A stretch of 63,699 nt of DNA, the filler included, from an uncultured bacterium (GTDB lineage Bacteria > CAYUVA01): assembly GCA_964448115.1 (NCBI GenBank). It is 3 parts of 3 records of this genome, joined end to end, with 100 filler letters (N's around TTAATTAATTAA, not from the genome) between each part and the next. Parts side by side here need not be neighbours in the genome. Positions count along the whole stretch, not along the records: positions 38,682 to 63,699 come from CAYUVA010000055.1; 2 more parts are not named here. One strand, 5' to 3'. Both the position numbers and the translations under genes were made by a program. This document shows, piece after piece, positions 49,005 through 58,022 of the stretch (position 1 is the first letter of the stretch; each line of letters begins with the position of its first letter). The notes beneath the pieces were generated by a model that had not been told where the DNA came from, did no database searches, and saw only the letters and a list, made by a program, of their open reading frames with translations.

Positions 49005-49540
49005 TGCCCCAGGCTGGTATTTTTATTGGTAAAGTACTCATCGTACCTTTTGATTATCCGTTCGGTCAGATTTACGCTTGGATTGCCATATAAGACCATT
49101 GCCTTGCTTATTATTAGGTCATATCCCTCGCTTTTCCCGTAGTTCTCCACTATCTGGGTTATCTCTTCGGTAATGGTCTTGAAGTATTTCTCCTGCATCC
49201 TCTCCAGCTCTCTTTCCGAGTCCTCGAGCAGCCTTTTGAGGTTTATCTTCATATCGCTTAGGGTCTGTTCCTTTCGTGCCAGAGCCTCGTCGGTAAGAGT
49301 AAACTTTTGTCTGTAGATCTCATTCTCGAAGTCGATCACCTTCTCTTGCTCCTCATCAATCGACTTTTGCCTCTTGGAGTGGAACTCTTCGAGCTTCAAT
49401 CTTGCATCCTTACCAGCCTTGGAGTCCTGTATAACCTTCTGGATATCAATGAAGCCGATCTTAGCCGGCTGCTCCGCGATGGCTTTGAGGGGCACAACCA
49501 GGATAATAGAAAGCAACGCAATTATCGTTTTGTTAAGCAT
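49001..49540 (-). CDS. skp: Periplasmic chaperone Skp/OmpH
   Basis: Signal peptide, KIGFIDIQKV, coiled coil, GYDLII...NLT. Overlaps the lpxD start. Confidence 0.9.
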   Translation of the reverse strand: MLNKTIIALLSIILVVPLKAIAEQPAKIGFIDIQKVIQDSKAGKDARLKLEEFHSKRQKSIDEEQEKVIDFENEIYRQKFTLTDEALARKEQTLSDMKINLKRLLEDSERELERMQEKYFKTITEEITQIVENYGKSEGYDLIISKAMVLYGNPSVNLTERIIKRYDEYFTNKNTSLGQ

Positions 49541-49620
49541 AACGCCTCCCTAGTTTAATTTCTCATTTACTACAATCGGTTCTTGTACATGTTCCATCTA
49601 GCAACCTATTTACTTGATGT

Positions 49621-52600
49621 CTAGTCATCGCTTTCAATTTCCTCCTGCTCCAAGGAGACTCTTTTTATCCGGTTTATCGCCTTCTTGGCAGCTACCTGGA
49701 TGGAGGTATTCTTTGATTTGGCTAACTTTTCCAGTAGCGGTATGCACGAGTGATCCTTGATATAGCCGAGGGCTCTAATCGCTGCTACCTGGAGCTTTAC
49801 CTTGCTGGGGCTTAGCAGATACTTGTCCTTGAGAATATCGACCAATCCCTCGACCGCGACCGGATCCCTGAGTTGTCCCAGCGCGATGGCTATCTCGGTC
49901 TTTATGTGATCATCGATATCACCGATCCCGAAAAGGTTGCGTGGTAACATACTGGAAAGGATCTTAGCTGACTTGGTGGTTCCTATCTTGCCGAGATGTT
50001 TGATGAGTAATGGCGTAAGCTCTCGGTCGTTCTCATCCAAGCCAGCAAGAAGGATATCCTCCGCATCGGATCCCATCAACATTACCAACGAGTTGTAAGC
50101 TTCCCTGCGCACCTGTGGATGTTCATCATGCAGCAGCTCCCTAATGGCAGGGGCAGCACGGGCATCCGAAATCGCGCCTAGGATAAGACATGTATTGCGC
50201 CTGACATACCACCTTTTGTCCTTCAGATCCCTGATGAAGTTATCCGAGATCGATGGACTCAAGGTGCGCAGAATATCCAATATTTTAAGCCGTACAAACT
50301 TATTCGCCGAGGTCTTCATCAGGTCGGTGAGCGCCTCGTAAGCCTTCTCGGCGTTATTCTTCAGGATCTCGTAAGCCTCTTTTGCCGTCTCTGCCTCCTC
50401 CAAAGCCCAGACCAGGGACTCCACCGCCGGCTTGGAGCCGATTTCCCCCAGGGTCTCAACCAGGTATTTTCTCTCCACATTGGTGCGCTTCTCCTTGTCA
50501 TTCAGGTGGCTGATCAGGATCTCGGTCAAGGTATCCGCGTAGTACTGTTGACCCCGATTTTGCAGCTTGAGGATAAAATCTTTGAGCGAATCCATGATCA
50601 TCTTGTAGTTCTTGAAGGCGGCTTCCTTGCTTAATTGCACCTTGAGCTGAGCAACGCAGTAGGACCATATATCATCGAGCTTGGAGCCGCTAAGAAGATC
50701 CATTCCATGGAGCACTACCTCGACAGACCTGGTCTTGGCGCCCAATGAAGGGCTTTCCACAAGCGGAAAGTAATAGCTGAGTATCATCAAGGCGATCAAA
50801 CCATCATTACCTGAGATCGCCTTGGCAAGGTTATCCTTGACAAGCGGTATGGTCTCCTCGCTGATAAGCTCGTAGTTGTTTAGCCGCTCAAGTTTCTTCA
50901 ATATGGGAGATCGGTAGTCCGCCTCTTGTACTATATCTGCGGTAAGGCGCATTTGATTTAGGCGACTAAGATCGCCTTGTATCTCCGGCAGTATCTTGGG
51001 AAGCAGGCTCGTATCTGAGATGATCTGCTCGATGAAGTGTCTCAACTGCTCGAAGATCCACTTACTATCCTCATCAAGTTCCTGGGACTTTAAGGTAAGT
51101 GAGTGTTGCTTGGCAATTATCAGCTTGCGCAATTGCAGGATGGATAGGGTCTCTATATATCGTTTGATGATATCGTTCACTCCGTTACGCTCGGTGATGT
51201 TGTTGATGATCTCGATAGCCAGATCATCATCCAGGGAGGAAAAAAGCCTCTGTAGCCGTTTTTCGTTTACCAGGCGTGGCGAGTATTGCTCGGCGGTTAG
51301 ATATATTCGCTCCACAGCATCGAAGATATCGAGCATTATAAATACGGGATTCTCAGCAGTAGAGCTTTTTGCCTTCATGCGCAACGAGAAGATCTCGTTC
51401 ATGGTGGCGATTAGCTCTTCGGGACGATTCTTGAGCATCTCCAGAAGCTCGGCTAGGCTGCATAGAAGGCGCCTGAACTCGGGCAGGGTGGTTATCCTCT
51501 GCAGGTTCAAGTATTGTTCCTTATCTACCTCGTGAACTACTGATTTACCGAGGGTTACCTCTATATTATATATCTCCTCATGGCGCATCCAGTCATGAAA
51601 GTTCTCTCGTTCAGCCCGGATTTTATCCGCTTGGTGGGCGCACAAGGCAAGAAAATGGCTGAATTCTCGCTGAGTTATCTCTTTTTTGAATTTCACGCTC
51701 TGTGCGTTGAACTTACTCAACATGGGAGCAAGAATGAGGTTCATACAATTCGGATCTCGGTTATCCAGCTTCAAGACAACCGAATCGCTGCCCACGAACT
51801 TGCTATTCAATATCTCGTAGCCCTTGGCAACCTGCTTCTCTGCCTTGGGATGACCGGGGTTCAAGGTTATCAACTGAGCCAGGGCGAGGTTTATGCACAA
51901 GGCAAGGTTGGTCTCCACCTCCTTTTGGGCTACCACCGGTTTCTCCAGGATCAATGTATCCCTTGTACGTGATCTTGATGTTTTGGGACTGACACCTTCG
52001 ATCCAGGCGATCCTCTGGTGAAGAAGCCTCATAATAAGATACAAGGTATTAAAGCGATAGGGATAGAGAAGCTCATAGATCTGCTTGATATTATGTTTGT
52101 TATCCACCAGGTGCAGTAGTACCTCCTGGAAGCTATCTTTGCCAACATCCACCGGCTGTTCGGTGTTTCGGTAGATGATCGACTCCAGGGGCGGAAAGTC
52201 CTTTTTATATTGTTCCCACTCCGAGTTGCGTCGATAGCACTCCTCGATCAGCTCAGCTATCGACTCAGGCAATCCGCTCACCTCATCCTTTACCTCCATG
52301 TTGGCATCGGTGAAGACGAATTTGCCGTTCTTCCAGGTTACCATCTCGTAAAGATTGTACCTTAGCTTGTTGAGCAGAACCTCATCCAACTTGGATCTGG
52401 TTAATATATTCTTTTGTATCAGCAGATCCTCGATAGATTGATCGGTTAAAAATAGGCTGTTTTTTATCTGGCTGAATTGTGATGGCGCCAGGCGATTAGT
52501 GAAGATTAAAAACCTACGCAGGTACTCCAGGTCGGTCATGTTCTCTATCTCACCAGCCAAAATAGTACCCTTATGGAAGATGATCTTCCCTTTCTCCTCC

Positions 52601-52695
52601 CCCTTTTTCAGAAGCATGATCCCTGAGCGCTTCTGCTGGGCAATCGATTTTATCGAGCTGGTGATGTTCTTGATGCCGAGATCGCCTGAGAGCAT
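49621..52695 (-). CDS. DUF4388 N-terminal domain plus HEAT-repeat protein
   Basis: LSGDL...KRSG...GKIIFHKG...WKNGKFVF. C-terminal HEAT repeats DKRWYVRRN and DEHPQVRRE. Confidence 0.8.
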   Translation of the reverse strand: MLSGDLGIKNITSSIKSIAQQKRSGIMLLKKGEEKGKIIFHKGTILAGEIENMTDLEYLRRFLIFTNRLAPSQFSQIKNSLFLTDQSIEDLLIQKNILTRSKLDEVLLNKLRYNLYEMVTWKNGKFVFTDANMEVKDEVSGLPESIAELIEECYRRNSEWEQYKKDFPPLESIIYRNTEQPVDVGKDSFQEVLLHLVDNKHNIKQIYELLYPYRFNTLYLIMRLLHQRIAWIEGVSPKTSRSRTRDTLILEKPVVAQKEVETNLALCINLALAQLITLNPGHPKAEKQVAKGYEILNSKFVGSDSVVLKLDNRDPNCMNLILAPMLSKFNAQSVKFKKEITQREFSHFLALCAHQADKIRAERENFHDWMRHEEIYNIEVTLGKSVVHEVDKEQYLNLQRITTLPEFRRLLCSLAELLEMLKNRPEELIATMNEIFSLRMKAKSSTAENPVFIMLDIFDAVERIYLTAEQYSPRLVNEKRLQRLFSSLDDDLAIEIINNITERNGVNDIIKRYIETLSILQLRKLIIAKQHSLTLKSQELDEDSKWIFEQLRHFIEQIISDTSLLPKILPEIQGDLSRLNQMRLTADIVQEADYRSPILKKLERLNNYELISEETIPLVKDNLAKAISGNDGLIALMILSYYFPLVESPSLGAKTRSVEVVLHGMDLLSGSKLDDIWSYCVAQLKVQLSKEAAFKNYKMIMDSLKDFILKLQNRGQQYYADTLTEILISHLNDKEKRTNVERKYLVETLGEIGSKPAVESLVWALEEAETAKEAYEILKNNAEKAYEALTDLMKTSANKFVRLKILDILRTLSPSISDNFIRDLKDKRWYVRRNTCLILGAISDARAAPAIRELLHDEHPQVRREAYNSLVMLMGSDAEDILLAGLDENDRELTPLLIKHLGKIGTTKSAKILSSMLPRNLFGIGDIDDHIKTEIAIALGQLRDPVAVEGLVDILKDKYLLSPSKVKLQVAAIRALGYIKDHSCIPLLEKLAKSKNTSIQVAAKKAINRIKRVSLEQEEIESDD

Positions 52696-52830
52696 AATCT
52701 TACACCTTCATTGGTTCCTTATATATACTACTATTATTTTAGGTAGCTATTCAAGTATATGGAGAAATCAGTTTCTTCACCAGCATATTTGCACTACCCC
52801 CTAGAGCGGACACCAGGGATCGTGTCTTAG

Positions 52831-53442
52831 TTAAATGCCGATGAACAGATGCTCCAGCTTCACATTCAAGGCAGTGGCAATCTTATACAGGGTAGATACC
52901 GAGCTTGAACTTTTTGCTCTTTCAACTTGCGAAATAAGGCTTATCGAAAGATTGGTGCGGTTAGCAAGCTGCTTGAGAGTCAGCTTTTTTTGCTTCCTGA
53001 GCTGTCTGATTCGCTTACCTATCTCGATATTTATTTGGCGCTCGAAGTCAACCACCAATCCTTTGGTGTTTATCGCCCGATCAAGAACCTCTCGGAAGCT
53101 GGCATCATCGACTGGCTTGGTTATGAAGTCAAAGGCGCCATAACGCAATGCCTCCAGGCAGTAATCGAAGCTAGGCGAGCCGGTCAATATGATAATGCAG
53201 ACATCGGAATCGATCCTGCGCACGAAACTGATGATACTGCTCCCTCCTATATCGTCGAAGGTGGGGTCAATTATAGCAATCTGGAAGCGCTCCTTCTTCA
53301 GTTTATTTTCAATATCCTGTTTCGAGCTAATAATCTTGGCTTGATAACCCTCGTGAGTTAGAAACCTCTTGATATTATCCGCATACTGAAGATCAGGATC
53401 CAGCACTAGTACCTTTATCTTTTTTTCTTCCTCCTTTTTCAT
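52831..53442 (-). CDS. Response regulator: receiver plus XRE-type HTH
   Basis: IILTG, GAFDFITKP, then IGKRIRQLRKQKKLTLKQLA...SQVER. Confidence 0.9.
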   Translation of the reverse strand: MKKEEEKKIKVLVLDPDLQYADNIKRFLTHEGYQAKIISSKQDIENKLKKERFQIAIIDPTFDDIGGSSIISFVRRIDSDVCIIILTGSPSFDYCLEALRYGAFDFITKPVDDASFREVLDRAINTKGLVVDFERQINIEIGKRIRQLRKQKKLTLKQLANRTNLSISLISQVERAKSSSSVSTLYKIATALNVKLEHLFIGI

Positions 53443-53688
53443 GCCAGTAAACCTCCATTTGCTATGGAACGATTGAAAAGCCCCCTGGAAACTCTAGCGA
53501 AGCTGGAGCAGTTCATGTTAATTCCAGACTCCTTATTTTTATAAAATTCATTATTAGTTAAATACCATATCAAACGCCACTGTTTTATTCAAGATGAATT
53601 TTTCAATCTTCGATAAATTTTTTATGCATAAATCAAGCGGTGAGGGCTTGATATTTTGACGCCTTGAAGTATAAATCAAGGGACAATT

Positions 53689-54834
53689 ATGACTACCAAA
53701 CACCCAAATATATGGCTAGTAATTGCTGTTTTTTATGCAATGGAAGTGATTTTCATCCCCCAGGGGCTATCAATGGAAGCGAGCATCCAAGATCCAGCCT
53801 TCAAGGCTGCCGTGCTCATGGATGCCGACAGCGGAACAATTCTGTACCAGAAAAACATGCACCAGAGACTTCAACCTGCCTCTTTGGCTAAGCTTATGCT
53901 TATACTTATGATATTTGAAAAAGGATCCCAAGCGGAACTCGATTTCAACGACACGATAACCGTATCTGCCCGAGCCAGCAAAATGGGTGGCTCCCAGGTT
54001 TACCTAAAACATTTCGAGGTCTTCACGGTTAGGCAGTTGCTCGATGCGTTGATCATTCACTCAGCCAACGATGCTGCTGTGGCTCTAGCGGAACATATAG
54101 CCGGCTCCGATGGACAGATGGTCAGCCTTATGAACAAAAGAGCCGGGGAAATGGGGCTGAAGAACACGATTTTCCATTCGGTACATGGATTACCTCCAGG
54201 AAAAGGACAACAGCCAGACCTAGGCAGCGCCTATGATTTGGCTTTAATCTGTCAGCGCCTGGTCAAGTATCCAATGGTGCTAAAACTCGCATCGACCTAC
54301 CGTAAGCCTTTTCGCGACGGGAAGTTCATCCTTTCCAACTCCAATAAGTTGATCAATGACTATGATGGAGCAGATGGACTAAAGACCGGATATCACTCAA
54401 AGGCAGGATTCTGCCTTGCTGCAACCGCAAAAAGAGGTGATATGAGGCTGATAGCAATAACCCTTGGCATACAAGAGAAGAAAGACTGGTTCAACCAGAC
54501 CAGGCGACTGCTCGACTTTGGTTTCGATCACTTCACTCGACATAGGTTGGCAAAACAAGAACAAGTAATTGCCAGGAGATATCCGATAAAGATCAATGAA
54601 ACCGGAAAAACTAATTATTTTGATCTAGTTGCCATGAAGGACGCATGGGCGGTTGTACGAAAGATCGATGTCTCCAGAATCTCAAGGAAGATCGTTATGG
54701 AGACAGAGCCTGCCTTGCTAAAATCACCAGGATATGCCCCTGAGCCTGTCGGGAGCCTTATTTTCTATCTTAATGGTCAGCAGTTATCTTCGGTGCCGCT
54801 TTTGCTCAAGGCATCTGCTCAGTTGCCCCAATGA
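53689..54834 (+). CDS. dacA: D-alanyl-D-alanine carboxypeptidase (peptidase S11)
   Basis: PASLAK (SxxK), SAN (SxN), HGL, KTG. Confidence 0.9.
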   Translation: MTTKHPNIWLVIAVFYAMEVIFIPQGLSMEASIQDPAFKAAVLMDADSGTILYQKNMHQRLQPASLAKLMLILMIFEKGSQAELDFNDTITVSARASKMGGSQVYLKHFEVFTVRQLLDALIIHSANDAAVALAEHIAGSDGQMVSLMNKRAGEMGLKNTIFHSVHGLPPGKGQQPDLGSAYDLALICQRLVKYPMVLKLASTYRKPFRDGKFILSNSNKLINDYDGADGLKTGYHSKAGFCLAATAKRGDMRLIAITLGIQEKKDWFNQTRRLLDFGFDHFTRHRLAKQEQVIARRYPIKINETGKTNYFDLVAMKDAWAVVRKIDVSRISRKIVMETEPALLKSPGYAPEPVGSLIFYLNGQQLSSVPLLLKASAQLPQ

Positions 54835-57800
54835 CTTCCCTGATACAGCCTCGGCTTGATGCCCAATTCATCCTCAAGCAAGCGGTTGAAATCCCGGTGC
54901 ATAAGGATCATCTTTATCAGGGCTTCCTTGTCTTGAGCAGGTCTAGTTGCCTGGTTGGAATCCCCCTCGCTCTTGGTGAAGTGGAAGATCATGTATCCGC
55001 TATGCTCGCCGAAGGAGGATCTTGCGATCACGGTCCATAGCCAGAAGCCGGCATCAAAGCTGTCCCAGTAGTCTTGAGTCAGCCATAGCTCGGTGAGCCA
55101 GCCGGGCACCTGATCCTGCACCAGATCTCCGATGAAGCCATCATCGCCCATGAGAGCCAAGAATATGCGATATATATGAGCACCCGGATACGCATCCCAC
55201 TTGAAGATGGGAGCAGGAGATACGGGGAGAACCGAGAAATCAGCCGGCTCACGCAAGACCACGGCATAGGTCGGGGCAAAGGTAACCACGGTCGGCTCAC
55301 TGTACGGGGTTATCTCCGCGCCCCCAGGTTGCCTAATACCGCAGACATCCCAGGCTATGCCGCCTAGCTCGGAGAGCACATCCCAGGTCTGCTCGCTAAC
55401 CGGGTATAATACAGTGGCGATGCCCATGAACTCGCTGTAGTCCCCGGGAGCGAAGTCAACCCAGGATACGCTATCGCCGATTATAGTGCGCAGGCGATAG
55501 CAGTCCACACCGCTTACCGTTGTCCAACTGAATTTGACCATCCCCTCCTCGAGGTAGTAGTTGAGCCATGCGCCATCGGCGGGATAGACATTAATCGGCG
55601 TTTCTGGAGTATTATCCAAAATATTGAATGTCCAGCTCTCCTCGATGCAGTTTCCAGCAAAATCGCATACCCCCAGGCTTACATCGACCCGGCTACCTTG
55701 TGGGTATGGCTCTGAGGCTTGATAAACCATCCTTATGCCGGATTCGATCGCTTCCATGGTCGGAGAGACGGAGGAATGGTTAACGGTAATCGCCACCGAG
55801 CTGGGATCGACCCCTCTACCCTTGTCTTTGACCTCGATGGTGATCGACGTATCCGGCCGCACGCCAGTCGTCCCTGGAGCCGGAGATCTGAAGCTGATAT
55901 AAGGAGGAGCGGTGGTGATGAAGCTCCAGGCGAACTCACTAACCATTCCGTGAAGATCGGCCGCCGATACCCAGACATCCACATCAGCACCGGCGGGGAA
56001 CAGATCTAATGGTTGAAAGCTCACATAATAAGAGCCATTGCTTCGAGGTTGCAGGGATGGGGTAACCTCGGAGCCATTGATGGTCATAAGTATCGTCTCA
56101 GGATCAACACCGATCCCCTTATCGAGAATATTTATAGAAACGGTGCTATCGAGGGGTACCTCGTTGCCTTTGGGGAGGTTGTCATAATATACCGGTGGCA
56201 TAAGGGTCTCGAACACCCAGGTGCTTGTGGCATCGCTGCAATTGCCCACCATGTCGCACGAGGAGACCATGACACAGACCGTCTCATTATCAGAAAACGG
56301 AGTCGAAGGTTGATATGCAAGGTGATAACCATTTTCAATCTGCGTTAACTGCGGGCTTACTAGCTGGTTATCAATGGTCATCTCGATGCTGGTCGGGTCA
56401 ACACCGGAGGTTTGATCAGTAAGATCAGCCTCTATAATGACATCCCCAGGCACATCCGATGCACCGTTAGGTGGATGCAAATTAGTCAACACGGGAAGAT
56501 CAGCCGAGATAAAGCTCCACTGCGTGCTCTTAAGCTCTCCATTGCTCACTAGGCTCACCGAAACCGTGTTCTCCACGCCCGGATCAAGGTATTCGTGATT
56601 ATTGGGATGCTGGTAATCGATGGATACCCCGTTTTCGATCTGGGAGACAGTGGGGGTTACGCTTGTGTCGTTGATGGCTAATGTTACATTGCTTGGGTCG
56701 ATCTGAGCACCTTCCTCGATATATTCAACATGGATATTGGTATCAAGTGCCACCTCGATCGCTCCAGGTTCTGGATAATGATCTCTCCATCCACCAGCGC
56801 CCTGGATGGTGGTAAATGTCCATGATACATACCCTTCATCGCCGGTGATTGTTGCTGCGCTGCATTCGGCTTGAAGTATAGCCCCCTCCGGCAGCATCTG
56901 TTGAGGATAAGCGGAGACATGGTAGCCCTTCTCGATAGCCTGTAGGCTCTGGGTTACCGGTATATCGCCCAAGATAAGACTGATGCTCTGGGGATCTACC
57001 TCACTTTCATCAGAAAGAACATCCACGCTGATAATTGAATCAACAGGTACATCCATGCTTCCCGGTTGGGGAGCCTGGTTCCTGAAATATATGGCGCCGC
57101 CAGAGATCCCCACGAAATACTCTTGGGTAATGCATTGCTTGGTTACAGTGCACGCTGAGATCTCTATTCCAAGCTGATAACCGGCGGGGTATAGGTTGTT
57201 CGATTGGTAATAGACCGAGTACCCTTTCTCGATTGGGCTGATGGTAGGAGTTACCTCTCCATCAAAGCTAGTCCATAGCGTGATGGTGGAGGGTTCCACT
57301 TGGGTTGTATCAGAGAGCACCTCGAAGTAGATGCCCGTATCCCTGGCAACGCCAGTCGCTCCCGGTGCCGGATGGTGATTTGCAAAGTAGATCTCCCTTT
57401 GGGATTGCAAGGTGGTGAAGCTCCAATAGAAGCTATCACACTGAGCTTTCATGCTACAGGCAGCGACATCGACCCGGTAGTTAGTCCCCTCGACAAGCGT
57501 TTGGGGAGCATAGCTGACATGAACGCCACCTTGGATCTCTGTGATTTCAGGTGTTACCGCGCTCCCATCCAGCTGCATGATCACGCTCGAACTGTCGATA
57601 CCTACACCGCTCTCGTCAACAATATCCACCGAGATAACTACATCAACAGGTACATCGACCGAGTCAGGCTCCGGAAACGGATTTTGGAACATGACCGATG
57701 GCTCTGTGGATCCTCTTTCAGAGCCGGTCATATCGCTGGACTGTGCTTCCAGGAGCGCCTGCGGATCATGAAAATTCAATGAAATATTGCTCGCATCAGC

Positions 57801-57869
57801 GTACATGGCTGTACAAGCTATCGAACAAAGAAAAACTAGTGCTGTTAAAATATACCTGTACTGTCTCAT
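54819..57869 (-). CDS. Secreted protein with about 7 tandem SbsA/Big_5-like Ig repeats and two FN3-like C-terminal domains
   Basis: Repeats of P.PG...VP.D..I....D...G.D.SI......WSFTT, about 100 aa each. Confidence 0.8.
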   Translation of the reverse strand: MRQYRYILTALVFLCSIACTAMYADASNISLNFHDPQALLEAQSSDMTGSERGSTEPSVMFQNPFPEPDSVDVPVDVVISVDIVDESGVGIDSSSVIMQLDGSAVTPEITEIQGGVHVSYAPQTLVEGTNYRVDVAACSMKAQCDSFYWSFTTLQSQREIYFANHHPAPGATGVARDTGIYFEVLSDTTQVEPSTITLWTSFDGEVTPTISPIEKGYSVYYQSNNLYPAGYQLGIEISACTVTKQCITQEYFVGISGGAIYFRNQAPQPGSMDVPVDSIISVDVLSDESEVDPQSISLILGDIPVTQSLQAIEKGYHVSAYPQQMLPEGAILQAECSAATITGDEGYVSWTFTTIQGAGGWRDHYPEPGAIEVALDTNIHVEYIEEGAQIDPSNVTLAINDTSVTPTVSQIENGVSIDYQHPNNHEYLDPGVENTVSVSLVSNGELKSTQWSFISADLPVLTNLHPPNGASDVPGDVIIEADLTDQTSGVDPTSIEMTIDNQLVSPQLTQIENGYHLAYQPSTPFSDNETVCVMVSSCDMVGNCSDATSTWVFETLMPPVYYDNLPKGNEVPLDSTVSINILDKGIGVDPETILMTINGSEVTPSLQPRSNGSYYVSFQPLDLFPAGADVDVWVSAADLHGMVSEFAWSFITTAPPYISFRSPAPGTTGVRPDTSITIEVKDKGRGVDPSSVAITVNHSSVSPTMEAIESGIRMVYQASEPYPQGSRVDVSLGVCDFAGNCIEESWTFNILDNTPETPINVYPADGAWLNYYLEEGMVKFSWTTVSGVDCYRLRTIIGDSVSWVDFAPGDYSEFMGIATVLYPVSEQTWDVLSELGGIAWDVCGIRQPGGAEITPYSEPTVVTFAPTYAVVLREPADFSVLPVSPAPIFKWDAYPGAHIYRIFLALMGDDGFIGDLVQDQVPGWLTELWLTQDYWDSFDAGFWLWTVIARSSFGEHSGYMIFHFTKSEGDSNQATRPAQDKEALIKMILMHRDFNRLLEDELGIKPRLYQGSHWGN

Positions 57870-57956
57870 TTTATGACCTCGCTTCTTTGTGTCTTTAACG
57901 AGATAAGTTACTCCTTTTCATATAATATAATACCTTCTCTGTCATGGATCAAGTGA

Positions 57957-57994
57957 TAAAAAAGAAAAAAGGGGCGATCATGTTGCCGCCCCTT
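57957..57994 (-). terminator. Rho-independent terminator
   Basis: Minus strand AAGGGGCGGCAACATGATCGCCCCTTTTTTCTTTTTT, downstream of the stop at 58023. Confidence 0.8.
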
Positions 57995-58022
57995 GAATTT
58001 TACTTTCTTTGTCTTGTTTAGA

